Origin: Monodelphis domestica
Taxonomy: Eukaryota
Length of the DNA: 64,000 nt
Direction of reading: 5' to 3'
NCBI RefSeq assembly: GCF_027887165.1
Contig: NC_077233.1
Location: 136,241,080 to 136,305,079 of the forward strand
The translations under genes were made by a program, and so were the position numbers. Below are positions 49,376 through 63,439 of the stretch, piece after piece; positions within the stretch are counted from its first letter, which is position 1; each line of letters begins with the position of its first letter. The notes under the pieces are model-generated. The model was not told the DNA's origin and made no database searches. It saw nothing but the letters and a program-made list of their open reading frames with translations.

Positions 49376-51249
49376 TTGCTTGTATTTTGTTAAATTCTTT
49401 TTTTTTTCATGACTATTCATTAAAGAAATTTGTCTACAGTTTTCTTTTTCTGTTTTGGGTCTCCTTGGTTTAGGTATCTAGACTATATTTGTTCTAAGAA
49501 GAAATCTGAAAGGACTTCTTAAATAGGTAATATTTTTTCAAACAGTTTATGTAGCACTGGAATTGTGTTCTTTAAATATTTAGTAGAATTTGCTTGTAAA
49601 TGCTTCTGTGCCCAGAAGATGTCCATGTAGAAATATACAGCAGGAAACTGGTAATAGAGGGGGACTGGAGCTCAGGAGAGAGTTTAGGGCTGGTTGGGTA
49701 GATGTGGGAGATACTTGCATAGAGATGATGCTTGATGAGATCACCAAGGAGAGCTCACTTTGAGAGATCACTACACTCACTACACACAGAAAGTAGAGAG
49801 AAAAGAAGATGATTTAGGACAACCATGGAGGATCATCACACTTTGGTGTTAGGAAGCAGGAATTAAGATGAACTGACTGATGGGATGGAAAAAAGAATGG
49901 TCAGACAGGGAGAGAAGAACCAGGAGAAAGTAGTAAGCTAAGGTCAGCCAGAGAGACTTAAACCTCTTGGCTTCAGATCTCTTTTCTGCGACATGTTGGA
50001 CGAGATGGCTCCAAAGTCCCTTTAGTGCCCACGACTGGGGGTTTGTGGAAGGTGTAGCCATTTTTAAAGGATCCGGAGTCTATAATCTAAGAATAACAAA
50101 TACTAAAGATGGGTGGATACACATAAAATCAGTAGGGAAAGTCAATATTGACCATATATGCAGCAGAGCACAATAGAACTGTAAGGATGAAGGGTGGAGG
50201 CATAGCCTTTTCTTGTTTAGTCAGGAATTAAGCCAAGAAGGCTTTATGAAGGAAGTGGGATTCTAGGGGGACATGAAGGAAGAAAGAATGTATGGGTTTT
50301 GAAAGGAAGAGAAGCAAGATATAATGAAATAAGTTTACATATAATGTTGACTTAGAAAAAACACAGAACTATTAAATAGCCAGAAAAACCACTCTTTAAT
50401 CAAGGGAAAAGGGTTCAGTGTCTCCACACAGAGCTATGCACCACACACCTACACAGAGGATTAAACTCTGGACACTGACCCCTGGGAAAGCCAACAAAGC
50501 TAGATTGTATTATTCCCTGGAGCTCAAGTTGGGGAGTTTAAATACCTTTCTCTGAGAGGGAGAGTTGATTGACTTTACAATGGTAACAAAGGAGAATGAA
50601 GAGTCCCAGAAGGAATAACAGTGAAAGGCTGATGCTTTACAAGGGACACAAAAGGGAAAGATCCAGCATAGGGCTGGGCCATCTTGGTAAAGGACTTTGG
50701 CCTAAGGGGAGAAACCACTGGGACAAAAGAGAGAGATTCAACACCTTTGTTGAGTCTATTGTTAGTCTGAGATCAGTGAAGTAAGATTTTCCCTTAGGGA
50801 GGAACTCTCAAGTGACAAGGTCAAACCTGAAGCTTTCAACTTTAAGCTAAGTAAACTGGGGATCATGAAATCTTTCTGGGGGGCTTCTAGATTCCTCGTT
50901 GACAATAAGCTTAGTAAGGATGACAACTGGACCACAGGGTAGATGATCTTGAAGAGCAGAGGGAAAATATCAGTAAAGGGTGTTCAGGCCATCATTCTTG
51001 AGAACATGAAAACAGAATGCATAGATGATTAGGCCTGATTTGAAAATCTGGTTGGTTCTTCCTTCCTGAGACCTCTTTCATGTTGTTCCTTCTCCAGACC
51101 CTCATCACATTTCTTCTTGACTATTAGAATAGCTTCTTAATTGGTGTCTCTGTCTTCAGTCTCTCCTCACCTTCAGTTCACTAGATATGGATTACTCTTA
51201 TTGGTACTCTGAGCACGTACACCTTCACTAACTCCCCTTTTCTTTTTTA

Positions 51250-51475
51250 AAAATGTTGTTCTGTTTTTTTTGGGTTGCATTTGATTGTGACTCCTTTTGC
51301 GGTTTGCTTGACAAAGATACTGACATGGTTTGCCGTTTTCTTTTCCAATTCATTTGGCAGAGGAGGAAATTAAAGCAAACCCTGTTAAGTGTATGTTCCA
51401 GGGTCACATAGCTAGTAAATAAGGTTGTATTTGAATTCAGGTCTTCTACTATGCCACTTAGCTGCCCCACATTAA
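51250..51475 (+). mobile_element. Marsupial SINE, third type (…tttggcagaggaggaaat..gggtcacatagctagtaa…cacttagctgcccc)
   Basis: The same family appears at 61121-61330 (ttttgacagatgaggaaactgaggcaaacagggataagtaacttgcccagagtcacacggctag). Confidence 0.65.
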
Positions 51476-52129
51476 GAATGCTGTTGATACTTAAAAAACC
51501 CCCCAAAAAACAATTAATACATGGATGTCATTTCCCAGTGTCCACCCCTTCTCCCTATCCATTCCCAATTACTTGTAAGAAACTCTTTTTTTTTTCTTAC
51601 AGGAAAAAGTACAAACAGATGGACATTCAAGGTCTTCCACAATTTGCGTCCACCTACCTTTTTACAACCTTTCCTCTCCTCTCCTTTCTATGGAGTATTC
51701 TGTGTTCTGGCTAACGTTTTCTCATTGTCCTTTCTATAGATTGCAATCATTTCTGACTAAATTTCTGCTCATTCCATTTCTTTTGCTTAGAACATTTTCC
51801 AGGTTTCTACCTATGCAATTCCTATCCCTGTATTTATTTTTTTAAAAATACCTGATTGTAAATTTAACATCATTCAACCACCAAGCCTACTTTTTGTCAG
51901 CCACATTCTGTGATCTAGCCATCCTGGCCTACCAGTTGTTTTTCACAAAAACCTAATCTCTTGTCTTCATAGCATTAACATCTATCCAGACCTCCCAGTC
52001 CTTCCATCTTAATTGCTGAAGAACTTTTAAGGGCCTCTGGGCCTTGCCACCCATGTTATGTCTGAATTCTTTTATTTATCTTCTCCTTCTATTAGAGCGC
52101 ATGAACTTCCTGAAAGCATAGTTTTAATT

Positions 52130-52330
52130 TTATTTTTAAAATCCTTACCTTCTGCCTTAGAATTGATTCTATGTATTGTTCCAAGGCAGAAGAGTGGTAA
52201 GGACTAGGCAATGGGAGCTAAGTGACTTCCCCAGGGTCACACAGCTAGGAAGTGTCAGGCCAGATTGGAACTTAGGACCTCCCGTCTCTAGTACTGACTC
52301 TCAATCCACTGAGCCACCCAGTTGCCCTCC
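52130..52330 (-). mobile_element. Marsupial tRNA-derived SINE
   Basis: Reverse-complement consensus. Confidence 0.85.
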
Positions 52331-52404
52331 ATAGTCTTTATTTTTTGATATCTAATCATGTAACAGAGTGCTTGGTGCATGGTAAGCATTTATTAAGTGC
52401 TTTT

Positions 52405-52449
52405 TCATTCATTCATTCATTCATTCATTCATTCATTCATTCACTCACT
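52405..52449. repeat. (TCAT)n tetranucleotide microsatellite
   Basis: cattcattcattcattcattcattcattcattcattcattcactcact. Confidence 0.95.
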
Positions 52450-54429
52450 ATGCTCTATAATTACAATTTAAACCCTAGAACTACAATTCCCAGCATCCCA
52501 TGTTCCTTCTCATGTTACATGCTGACATAGAAAGGATATAAGTTTTGTGTAGCCCCGCCTCTCCCTCTCACTTGCTGTGATCCAGTTTGGTAGAGGTGGA
52601 GTGAGGTGAGAGCCAGAAGAGTTTTGCTCACAAGGTCTTAATTTTGTTAGATAATTAGGTTTTTATACTTCTATTTCTTTTTTATTCCTTCTACTTCAAG
52701 TGATTATTTTTTTTTAAATTTATTTAGTTATTTTAGAATATTTTTCCATCGTTACAAGATTCATGTTCTTTCCCTCCCCTCCCAACCCCATCCTGTAGAT
52801 GGTGCACAATTCCACTGGGTTTTACATGTGTCATTACTTCAAGTGATTATTAATAAACTTTATAAAATTAATACTTGGAGTATTGGACATTGATTTAAAT
52901 CTTACAGCACTGACTATCCCCAATGAATTCTATCTCTTTTCTTTTTGGAATCTCTAGTTTCTATTAAGGCTCAGTTCAAATGCCACCTACATGTGCCCTC
53001 TTTCCCCCAAACTGCTTTGTATTCACTGTGTGTAAATATATGTGTATATACATATATATGCATACACATATACACGTATAGATATTATTTATATGTTTAC
53101 ATACCATCCATCTCCTCTGTTAGACTGTAAGTTCTTTGAGGGGAGTGACAATTTCATTTTGTTTTTGTGTTTTCAGCGCTCAGTGCAGTATTTGGCACAG
53201 AGTCAGCCCTTAATAAACATTTGTGGACTGATAGTGATACAAAGACATAAGTGAAATGATTCTTATGGGAAACTTACATTCTGTTGGGGAAATATATTAT
53301 ACAAATATAAGTATATATCAAATAAACATTACAAAATACATACAAAATAAACACAACATAATTTTTTTGGAGGTACTAATAACTAGAAGTGGGGGGTCAG
53401 TAAAGACCAATTGTAGGAGGTAGGGTTTGAAGGGAATATTGAAGGAGACAAGCTATTCTAAAAGGGGATATATTCCAGCAGGAGGGGAATATATTTTAGG
53501 CTGGGGGAACCTGAGTTTGGGCATGGATGTGGTAGATGAAATAACTTGTGTTAAGAATAGCAAGGAGGCCAGTCTGGCTAGCCCTAAGAATGCATGAAAG
53601 GGAGTGATGTATATAATAAGCCTGAAACAAAGGTTGGAGTCTGGTTTTGGAAAACTTTAAATGCCAAAGATGCTAGAGGTAATATGGTGCCACTAGAGTT
53701 CATTCAGTGAGGAAACGACATTGTCAGATCTGTAATTTAGGAATATCATTTTGGTGGGGATTTGGGGATCTCCAAAGGAAAGAGAATGAAGGTGTCAAGA
53801 CCAAATAGGGCATTGCAATATTGAGGTAATAGAGATTGAACTAGGTTGGAAAGAGAGATGGATAAGAAAAACATTGGAAGGCAGAAACGACAAGACTTGG
53901 CAGCTGATCAGATATGTGGAGTGAGAGGAGAGTGTAAGGAATTTGGTGGTAGGTTAACACTCAGTAAAAGGGAAGTTTGAATGGGCACAGGAATTATAAG
54001 TGCATATTTTGGACATTTTGAGATGCTTATAGGATGTAGAATTCAAACTATCAAATTGGCAGTTGGTGGTGTGGGTCTAGTGCTTAGAAGAAATTAGGGT
54101 AAGATATATGGAGGTCTGGGTGTCATCTGCAAAAGAAGATGATAATTGAACCCATGAAATCTTGATGGGGTCACCAAGTGAGAGAATGTGGAGAGAAAAA
54201 GAGGCCCAGAACAGAGCCAGATGGGGAAAGAGAGCTTGTATCAACACGGAACTCCTGAATTCATGTCCTGCTGCAGATGACAGATGTGATCTTGGGCAAT
54301 TCAGTGCCTACAGGTAGGTGGTTTGTGGGCGGTATTTCCAGACTTAAAGGACTCTGCCCTCCTAATACCTATAATCTAAAAAAAACAAAAACAAATACTA
54401 AGGATAAGTAGACACACTTATAAATCTTT

Positions 54430-54632
54430 TTTTTTTTTTAAACTTTACCTTCTATCTTAGAATCAGTACTGGGTATTGATTCTAAGGTAGAAGAGTGGTA
54501 AGGGCTAGGCAATGGGGGTTAAGTGACTTGCCCAGGGTCACACAGCTGGGAAGTGCCTGAGACCAGATTTGAACCTAGGACCTCCCTTCTCTGGGCCTGG
54601 CTCTCAATCCACTGAGCCATCCAGCTGCCCCC
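54430..54632 (-). mobile_element. Marsupial tRNA-derived SINE
   Basis: Reverse-complement consensus. Confidence 0.85.
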
Positions 54633-57600
54633 CACACTTATAAGTCTTATAAGATTTCAGTTTTCTCACCTGTGAAATGGGATAATAATATCATCTTCTT
54701 GGGATTGTTGTATTTGTAAAGCACTTTTCCAACCTTAAAGTACTACATAATTGTTAGCTACTTTTGTTATCAAGCCTATTTCTTCTTTTTTTTTTGCCTT
54801 ATTTTCCCCCAATGCAGTTAATCCCACCCAAATAACAATCACCCTTCTCTTTCTCTCTTCATTTATTAAGCAGCCCAAGCACTGGCTTCTCTAAAACCTT
54901 TCCTGATCCTTACAGTTGGTAGTCATTCCCTCCTCCCCACTGTCCATAACCTCCATTTATTCTTTTGATTTTACTTTGTATACATTTCATATTTACTTAT
55001 CTATGTGCATGTCCCCCCACCCCCACCCCCAGAAGCTCTTTGAGGACAGGGAATGTTTTCATCTTTTTCCTTTGTCTCACCAGTACCTAGTCATATGCCT
55101 TGCACATAATAGGGGCTTCATAAATGCTTCTTGGATTGAATCCAACAACTTGAACTTGAACCACATTTTGTTGTTGTTAGCCCTCATTTCCAGTCACAGC
55201 TCATCCTGAACTTTGGAATCCATGATTCTTCCAGGGTCATGCCACTCTTGGATTCATGACTTCTTCTTATTTCTATACATACCTTTTGAAGATCAAAGTT
55301 GGTGGATCAGTTAGTTAATGGTGCATTTCCATCACTTTCAGCCTTTTCTTCCCCATTGGGATGATTGACCTGCGCTTTAAAGATTTAGCTTCTCTTTTTG
55401 TTTCAGTTAATCTTTTAGTGTCCAAAGGAAATGTCCCTTCCTTCGTGACTCCTTCCTTGAGCCTCCTAATGATCTCTCTCAGATATCACATAGCACAATG
55501 CTTCACTCATCTCGAATGCATGTATTAGGCTGGCCACAGTCCTTATGGAAGCTCCTTGATAAGGCAGGGGCAATTTCATCTTTATATCTTTAGACTTTTG
55601 GACCACCTTATATATACAGTCCTGTGTGCCCTGTATTGCTTCTAGAATGTAAGCCCCATGTAGGCAGGAAGTGTCTTGTCTAAACCTTGTGTCTTTTTCA
55701 GAGCCCAGCACAATGTTTTTCACCCCTTCTGTCCCCCCCACTGCTAGTGAGACTAGCAGTGCCCTCCCCAGCTGGTGGTTTCTCTCTAGAATCACCTTTC
55801 CTTTGTGCTGGACAAGATGTTGTATCTTGTATATACAATTTTCTTGGTATGTTGTCTCTTCCTTGAGGCATCTCGCTTTGATTCTCCTCTCTCAAGGTGG
55901 CTTTTTCTATGAGTGAAAAGTTCCATTCCATTACCATATTGCTTCATCTTGCATGCTTTATTGTCCTTCTCCTCCTTTGCTCCTGGGAGCCAGGTCAAGA
56001 ATCACTGGGGGTGACAATACCATCATGTGCTTTTGTCCTTCTTTGTTCACTCAGTACTAGTGTCATGCCTGGCACAGGTTGATCCATAATAAGTTGTGGG
56101 CAAATAGAAATTTGACACACTGAACTACAGTTACCCAGCATCCTTTTAAATTATGTGCTCACTTTACCTGGGACATTTGGAAGTTGCTGAAACTCATGCT
56201 GCTGCAGGGCTTTTTGGGGCTTTTGCTCTGGTGAAGTGTTGCAGGAGTGTTGACAGACTCACCTTAACTTCCTAATGAAAGATTGTTGGAAGTTATTCTA
56301 GGCCAATTCTGTCCTCTAATGGCCAAGACTGAGAACTACATGATCCAATGGCTCTTCAAAAGAAATTGGATCACCACACTTCCTCTTTCCTTTCTTTTTC
56401 TCTATCTTTCACCATTCATACATCACTTTATTCCATCTCAGGAAGTCTCATTACAATAAATAATCTTTTCACCATTTTCTTATTCTTTTTTTTCTTAAGA
56501 TTTGCTTGGTTACCTTGGGAAAAATCTCTCTTACTCAATGCATTCCCCAAACCCCACCTGTCTGTTATTGCTCAGAAAGAGCCATATATCTTAGTCAGAA
56601 AATGCCAGTGGTGGCCAGCAGTTATCCTGAGCTACATCTATGATCCAATGAAGTTCATTCAGAGGAACAAAGTGTATCCTTATATTTCCCCTTGTGAGCA
56701 CATGCTTTGGACATAATAGTTATTGAAGTTCCTTGAGAAGAGGCAAGAATGATTTCATTTTTATAATCTTGGAATTTTGGATCACCTTAAAAATAAAGCC
56801 CTTTGTAAGTCTTAAAGCAGTATATAAATGTGAATTACGATTACTATTGGAACTTTAGCGTCTCTACACTCCCTTTGGCTCCCTAGTTTCAGAGATCTGT
56901 TGTATTGGATTCTTATTAACATATGCCCTTGCTATTGCTACTGTGAGTAGGTTCCTTCGTCTGATATCTGTTTCTTTCTTCTTTTTATCCCAGTCTCTAC
57001 ACAAGGGAAAAGAGAACACACAAGTTTAAATTAAAACACCAACAATAAAAAGGGTCCCTGTTATTTGCATATCCATTTTTATGGTCTATATCAAGTACCT
57101 GTATTCTACATCTGGGGAAATCCAGCACATTCACTCCAAGGGTTGAATCGTTTAATGGATATAGGAGAGAAGTAAGTATATGCAGATATTTGAGTCCCAT
57201 CAATCATGCAGCTTCCTTGGATTTCAAGATGCCTCCTCTACCTGGACAATATCAGAATTGGTAGGAAGTTCCCATCCCATTTGGATCCCATTTTCTAGTG
57301 TCTGGGAGAAGGGGCAAGAATAGAGCTGGTCTTAGGTAAAGTTGTGAAACAGGTGGATCTTGTTCCCGTCTCACTTCCTCAAGGTAGCCTTCTTTTCTGT
57401 GTGAATGAAAAACTTAATTCCATCACTAGACTGCATTCTCCTTCTCTAATGCTCACAGTCATGTCAAGAATCACTGGGTATGACAATGCCACCATCTGCT
57501 GGGAAGTACCGAGAATTGCAAGGAGAGTGATAAACGTTGAGTAGATGGTCCTGGAACCACGGTGGAAAATGCCAGTGAGAAATAACCACAAATAACAGAA

Positions 57601-59420
57601 TTTCAGATTTATTGAAGACCTCAGTGACCATCTAAATCAACCCATACTAGAAAGGAATCACCTGCTACAATGTACCCTACAATGTACCTCAGTCTTTGCT
57701 TGAAGGAGGAGGAACCCACCACTTCTTAAGGCAATTCATTCTACTCTTGGAAATGTAAAATTGTTAGGAAGTATTTCCTGGCATTAAGCCTAAATTTAAC
57801 CCTTTGCACCATCTACCTTTTCCTCTTGGTTCAACCCCTGAGATCAAGCAGAATAAGTAAAAAAAAACCTCAAGACATATTTTTGAGGTGCCATACTAGA
57901 GCTGCAGTTAGGAGCTCTGTCCAGTGTATAGATTATAAGTGGCTCATTGAACCTCGTATATTTGACCATCCAAATGATACCACGGTTGAGAAGAGAAGTC
58001 TTAGGGGAAAACAGGACAGCTAGCTATCTTCAGTGCTGGAAAGGCTGTCATGTAGAAGAAGGATTAGGCTTGTTCTACTGATAACTTCTACTCATTGTTA
58101 CTAGTTCTTCCCTTTGGGACTAAAGGAGCAAATATAAGTTTTATAGGTTTTCTACATAAGATTCTAACCTTGTGGGAAATACATTCCCAAATCTAACTAG
58201 GTTGGATCCCCTACCCCGAAAATTTTAGCTCAAAGATCATCCCTGATGAGCATATCATTGATAGCCAATGGACCCAAATAACTCAAAGAAGAGGCATTCA
58301 CCAAGATGGCATAGTAGGAGTATAGTGTTAAAAAGTAAAATACCAGGAAAACAATCTTCTGAGCTAAAAACCAACCTTTATTGTTGAATTAATCACAACA
58401 TCAGGGTCAAAGACCAGTGCCAGTCCCAGCGCCAGGCTAAAGAGCTACCCCTATTTGCCTATTTGCTTATGTATCTTTATGTAAAAGACTCAGAATAAAC
58501 AAACTCCCTCCCCAACCCCACAAAAAGCAGGGGTGGTGTAGTCAGATGATCATTTCTTCAGAGGAGAAAACCAAAGTTTTCCCTTTTAGAAAGTTTCTTT
58601 CTTCCAGAATGTCAGGTTATTTTGCCTTATCTTCTTATGAAGGGGGGTGGGAGGATCATGTAAGTATTCTTGTCCCAATATAGTAACAGCTGAGGTTATT
58701 CCATGGTTTTGGAGTCAAAAGAGATACCATTATCTTAAGAAGTCTATAATAGAGAGCAGCAGGGAGGAGAATATTTTCCCTTTCCCTTCTTTGACATCAA
58801 TTGTCCCATCTTTTCATGTGTGTGTGTATATATTCACATACACACATATGCTTAGAATTTATTCTGATGGAAGGTAAAGGTTTTATTAAAAGAGACAGTA
58901 CACTTCAATCTGCATTCGTCTTTGATTCTTTCTCTGAAGGTAGATTGCATTTTTCGTCATGAGTCCTTTGGAATTGTCTTAAATCACTGTATTATTGGCT
59001 ATCCTATCTTGTAGTCACTCAGTAAAAGACACTACAGCCAGCAGAGAGCAATTTAAGGAGTCATTTGAGGCCCAGAGCAGAGACATATACTTTTCAGAAG
59101 GACACAGACAGAGGCACTTAAGGTTCAAGGCAGGAAGCAGCTTCCAGGACCTCGGCTTCCTCACCGCAAAGAAGAGAGCCATTGGTGCATTCAAAAGAGA
59201 ACTAGTCCTGGAAGAAGAGAGTTGAGTTGTAGAAGAGAAATGATTGAAAATCTCTCCCTTGCTTTCAGGTTAGAAACTAGGCTGCCCCAAATGAAAATTC
59301 CTCAATGTTCCTTAATATATTAAGCTCTCTAAATTTCTTCAAGGATCCTGATATTGAATTTCAATTAGAAGTCCAGACAAAAATTTCCAAAGGGACATTT
59401 AACACACAGGATAATCTGAA

Positions 59421-59650
59421 TGGAGCAGCTAGGTGGAACAGTCAATAGAATGCTGGCCCTGGAGTCAGGAAGATTGAGTTCAAATCCAACCTTAGACACT
59501 TATTAGCTGTGTGACCTCAGGTAAGTCACTTAACCCTTTTTGCTTCAGTTTCCTCATCTATAAAATGAGCTGGAGAAGGAAATGACAACTCATTCCAGGA
59601 TCTTTGTCAAGAAAACTCCAAATGGGGTCACAGAAAAGTCTGACATGACT
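59421..59650 (+). mobile_element. Second marsupial SINE type (head ggagcagctaggtgg..., body cagtttcctcatctataaaatgagctggagaaggaaatg)
   Basis: ggagcagctaggtggaacagtcaatagaatgctggccctggagtcaggaagattgagttcaaatccaaccttagacacttattagctgtgtgacc...ccaaatggggtcacagaaaagtctgacatgact. Confidence 0.8.
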
Positions 59651-60555
59651 AATTGATTAAACAACAATAAATCTGAATGGTGGTCCAAACTCACCCTTCA
59701 CCAGAACAAGTAAGCTAGTTAAATAAATGAAATGATGTCAGAAAGTTCCTCAGAGAGGTACAGGGCTCCACTCAAAAGTGATTAATAATCACACGGGGTG
59801 AGTTATTCCATTTGTAGGTCATTAGGCAAACCTTATCCCATGGACCATAAGCACTTCCAACAAACTGCAAAGGCTCATGTCACAATAAAACAATTGTCCA
59901 GATTTGCGTAAAAGAAAACAAAACAAAAAAACAGAACATGGATGAATTTTCACAATAGGTGAATTTCTGGGCACTGGCATTCTAGGGGCATAACATCTAT
60001 GATCTTCCTAACTTCTTACATATTCATATTGGAAAAATTTCCCAATGAATAAAGCTATTAAAATGGAATAAAGAAGAGAAGTAGTTGTGCATTTCACCAA
60101 ACTGGAGGTCTTCAGGGAAAAGCTGGCTGACCACTTGTTCGATATGTTGTAGAAGGGATTCTTTTTTGGGTCTGACTTAAATTATGGATGGCTGCTGAGC
60201 TCCCTTCCAGACCTGAAATACTATAACTCTGTGACTGACTCCTCTGGAGGACAAGAATCTAATCAGGGGATTGCAATGAATCAGCATTCTCATGGCCACT
60301 GAAAAAGCTAATGCAGTCTGAGGCTGTAGTAGGAGGAATATAGCTTCCAGGAACAGAGAAATGATATTTGTATTATACTCTGTCCTTGTCAGACCCAATC
60401 TGGAGCATTGTGCTCATTTCTGGGTTCTGTAACTTAAGAAAGACATTGGTAAGTTGGGGAGGAACCAGAGGAGGGCAATCAGGATGGCAAAGGGGCCTTG
60501 GGCTCATAGCATTTGAGAATTAGGTAAAGGATTTGGGCATGGTTAACCTGCAAAA

Positions 60556-60573
60556 AGAAGAAGAAGAAGAAGA
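60556..60573. repeat. (GAA)n short microsatellite
   Basis: agaagaagaagaagaagaag. Confidence 0.8.
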
Positions 60574-61120
60574 GTCAGGATGTAGTTGACAGCGATGTAC
60601 ACATATCTGAAGGGCTATCAGGTGGAGGAGGGATTGGGCTTGTTTTATTTGGACCCAGGAGTAATGGGTGGAAGATCCAAATAGGCTGTTAGTTGGTCCC
60701 AGGAAGGATTTCCTAACAATTAGATCTTGAGAAGTGATAGATTTCTCCTTGGAAGTCTTCAAGGAGGAGCAGATAGATGGTTTAGGGGAGAGAGAGCCAG
60801 GAGGTCTTTGGTTCAAATCTGACCTCAGACCCTTCCTAACTGTATGACTGTGAGCAAGTCACTTAACCCCAGTTGTCTAGCCCTTACTACTTGGAAGAAA
60901 TACTTAGTTAATGATTCCAAGGCAGAGGGTAAGGGTTATAATAATTAAAAAAGAAAAAAGTCTTTGAGGAAAGGCTAGATGTCTACTTGTTAGGGATGTC
61001 CTAGTGGGGATTTCTTCATGTATGGGTTATATTGGATAGTTGCAGAGGTCCTCCTAAGCTTGAATTCTGTGATTCTGTTTTAGTTCATTGTACTTGGTTG
61101 TAGTTGTTTAGTCATTTTTA

Positions 61121-61330
61121 GTCATGACTCTTTGTCACCCCTTTTGGGGTTTTCTGGGCAAAAGCTACAGGAGTGGTTTACCATTTCCTCCTCCAGCTCA
61201 TTTTGACAGATGAGGAAACTGAGGCAAACAGGGATAAGTAACTTGCCCAGAGTCACACGGCTAGAGTGTGTCTGAGGACTGATTTGAACTCAGGCTAGTA
61301 CTCTAACCACTATGTCACCTACTTGCCTCA
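61121..61330 (+). mobile_element. Marsupial SINE, third type
   Basis: See 51250-51475. Confidence 0.65.
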
Positions 61331-61799
61331 TTTGGTAAATAAGAAGAATTAGAAAACATAGGAAGCTACCAGATAATGTGTTGGCTTCCTTCCCTAGGTT
61401 CTGTTTTCGTTGACTTTTCTTTGGGTTTTGTAAATTTGTGCAGCAGCAAAGAGGAGTTTGTGACATGTTGAGTGGTATCAGAAAGTGAAATTCCAGATTA
61501 TCAGGGGGAGGGGGAGAGGAATGAGCCAGAAAAGTGAGAAATCCCCCAAAGTGAACATTGATCGTTTGTTATATGAGTCACTTCCAGAAGGCTCATGAAT
61601 AGCATAAGGTAATCAAGGATGTGTGTGTATATGTATACACACATATGGAAAAACATATATCTTTACACAAATACAAAGATGAATGAATACAAAGAAAATA
61701 GGAGGAGCTTCAGCTTAAGTAGCCAGTAAGGTGTTATGGTAAATTGCACGGAGCAACTTATAAGATAGAAATAGTTGTAAATATGTGCGATTAGCTTTG

Positions 61800-62110
61800 T
61801 CATTCAAAAAACACTTGTTAAATGTTTACTATGTGCCTGGCACTGTGCTATGTTCTGGAGATGCAAAGAAAGGCAAAAATCCATGGTCTGTGCCTTCCAG
61901 ATCACTCATTCTAAAGGGAGAGACAACATGCAGATAACTATGTATGTCTAAGATGGATACAGCCAAGTGGAAGGTAATCTTGGAGAGAGGGAGACCTGGG
62001 AAAGACCTTTTGTAGAAGGCAAGATTTGAGAGCATCTTTGAGCTGGGAGGCAGAGGTGAGGACAGAGAGCATGGTAGGTACAGGCGACAGAAAGGGGCCA
62101 GATTGTGAAG
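61800..62110. mobile_element. MIR/Ther-type SINE; an inverted copy of its 5' ~90 bp lies at 62203-62290
   Basis: …cacttgttaaatgtttactatgtgcctggcactgtgctatgttctggagatgcaaagaaaggcaaaaatccatggtc…, followed by a MIR-like body (…gagctgggaggcagaggtgagg…). Confidence 0.65.
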
Positions 62111-63439
62111 GGCTTTACATTTCCAATAGAACATTTTTATTTGATCTTGGCAGTAATGGGGGTGAGGAGGATTGGAATTTATTGAGTTGAGGGTATGTGT
62201 GATCTGGCCAGACCATGTTTTTTTGCCTTTCTTTGCATCTCCAGAACATAGCACAGTGCCAGGTGCATATTTCTAAAAAGTGCTTTTTTCTAAAGGCAGT
62301 TGAGTGGAGGATGGATTGGAATGGGAGAGATCTGAGGCAGGGAGACAACCAGGAGACTATTGTAGTAGTCTAGCCATAAGATCTGTATCGGGGTAGTAGC
62401 TGTGTGAATGGAGAAAAAGGGATGTACACGAGAGCTATTGTGTAGGTAGAAAAGACAAAACTTGACCACAGATTGGCTATGTAGAGTAAGTGTGAGCAGC
62501 TGAGGATGGAATTGTGGTTGAGAACTTGGGTGTCTAGAAGAATGGTGGTGCTCTCAACCTTAATAGGAAAGTTGGCAAGAAAGGAGGTTTTTTTGGGGAA
62601 AGATAAGGAGAAATGTTTTATATAGGTTGAGCTGAGATGCTATTAGGTCATCCAATTCTAGATTTCATTGAGCTGTGATGAGTGATGTGACACTGGAGTT
62701 TAGGAGAGAGATTTGGGTAGGATCTATAGGTTTGGGAGACACCTGCAGAGAGATAATTGAACCCACAGGAGTTGATGAGATCACTGAGGTAGGATAGAGG
62801 GAGAAGAGAAAAGGATCCTGGGCAGATCTTTAGGGGGCACCCATGTGAGTACAATCTTGATGAAGATCCAGAAAAGGCAACTGGAAAAGATTGGTTTGAC
62901 AGAAGAAACAAGAGACAGCAGTGTCACAAAAACCTAGAGAAAGAGTTTGCAGAAGAGGGTGATTAAATGCTGCAGATAGGTCAAGAAGGATGAGGACTGA
63001 CAAAAGGCAAAATTTGGTAAGAGATCATTGGTAGCTTTAGAGAAAACAATTTTAATTGAATGTAAAAGTTGGAAGCCAGATTGCAAAGGATTTAGAATAA
63101 AGAGAGAAAGGAAGTAGGGGCGACTAATGTAGACAGTTTATTAAAGGAGTTTAGCCAAGAAGGAAAGGATATAGGGTGATAGCTAACAGGGATGGTCAGA
63201 TCAGGTGAAGAGTTTTTTGTTTTTGTTTTTTAGGATGGGGGAGCCATGGGTGTGTTTGAAGATAACAGGGATAGGAATAGATTAAATATTAGAGAGTGGG
63301 TGGGGATGTTTAAAGGTGACAATTTGCTAGAAAAGATACAAGGGAATGGAATGATGAGTGTAGGGGTGTTTGACAAGGAAAGGAAGTAACATTTATTAAA
63401 TGCCTACTATGTTCCAGGTACTTTGCTAAGCTAGATATC

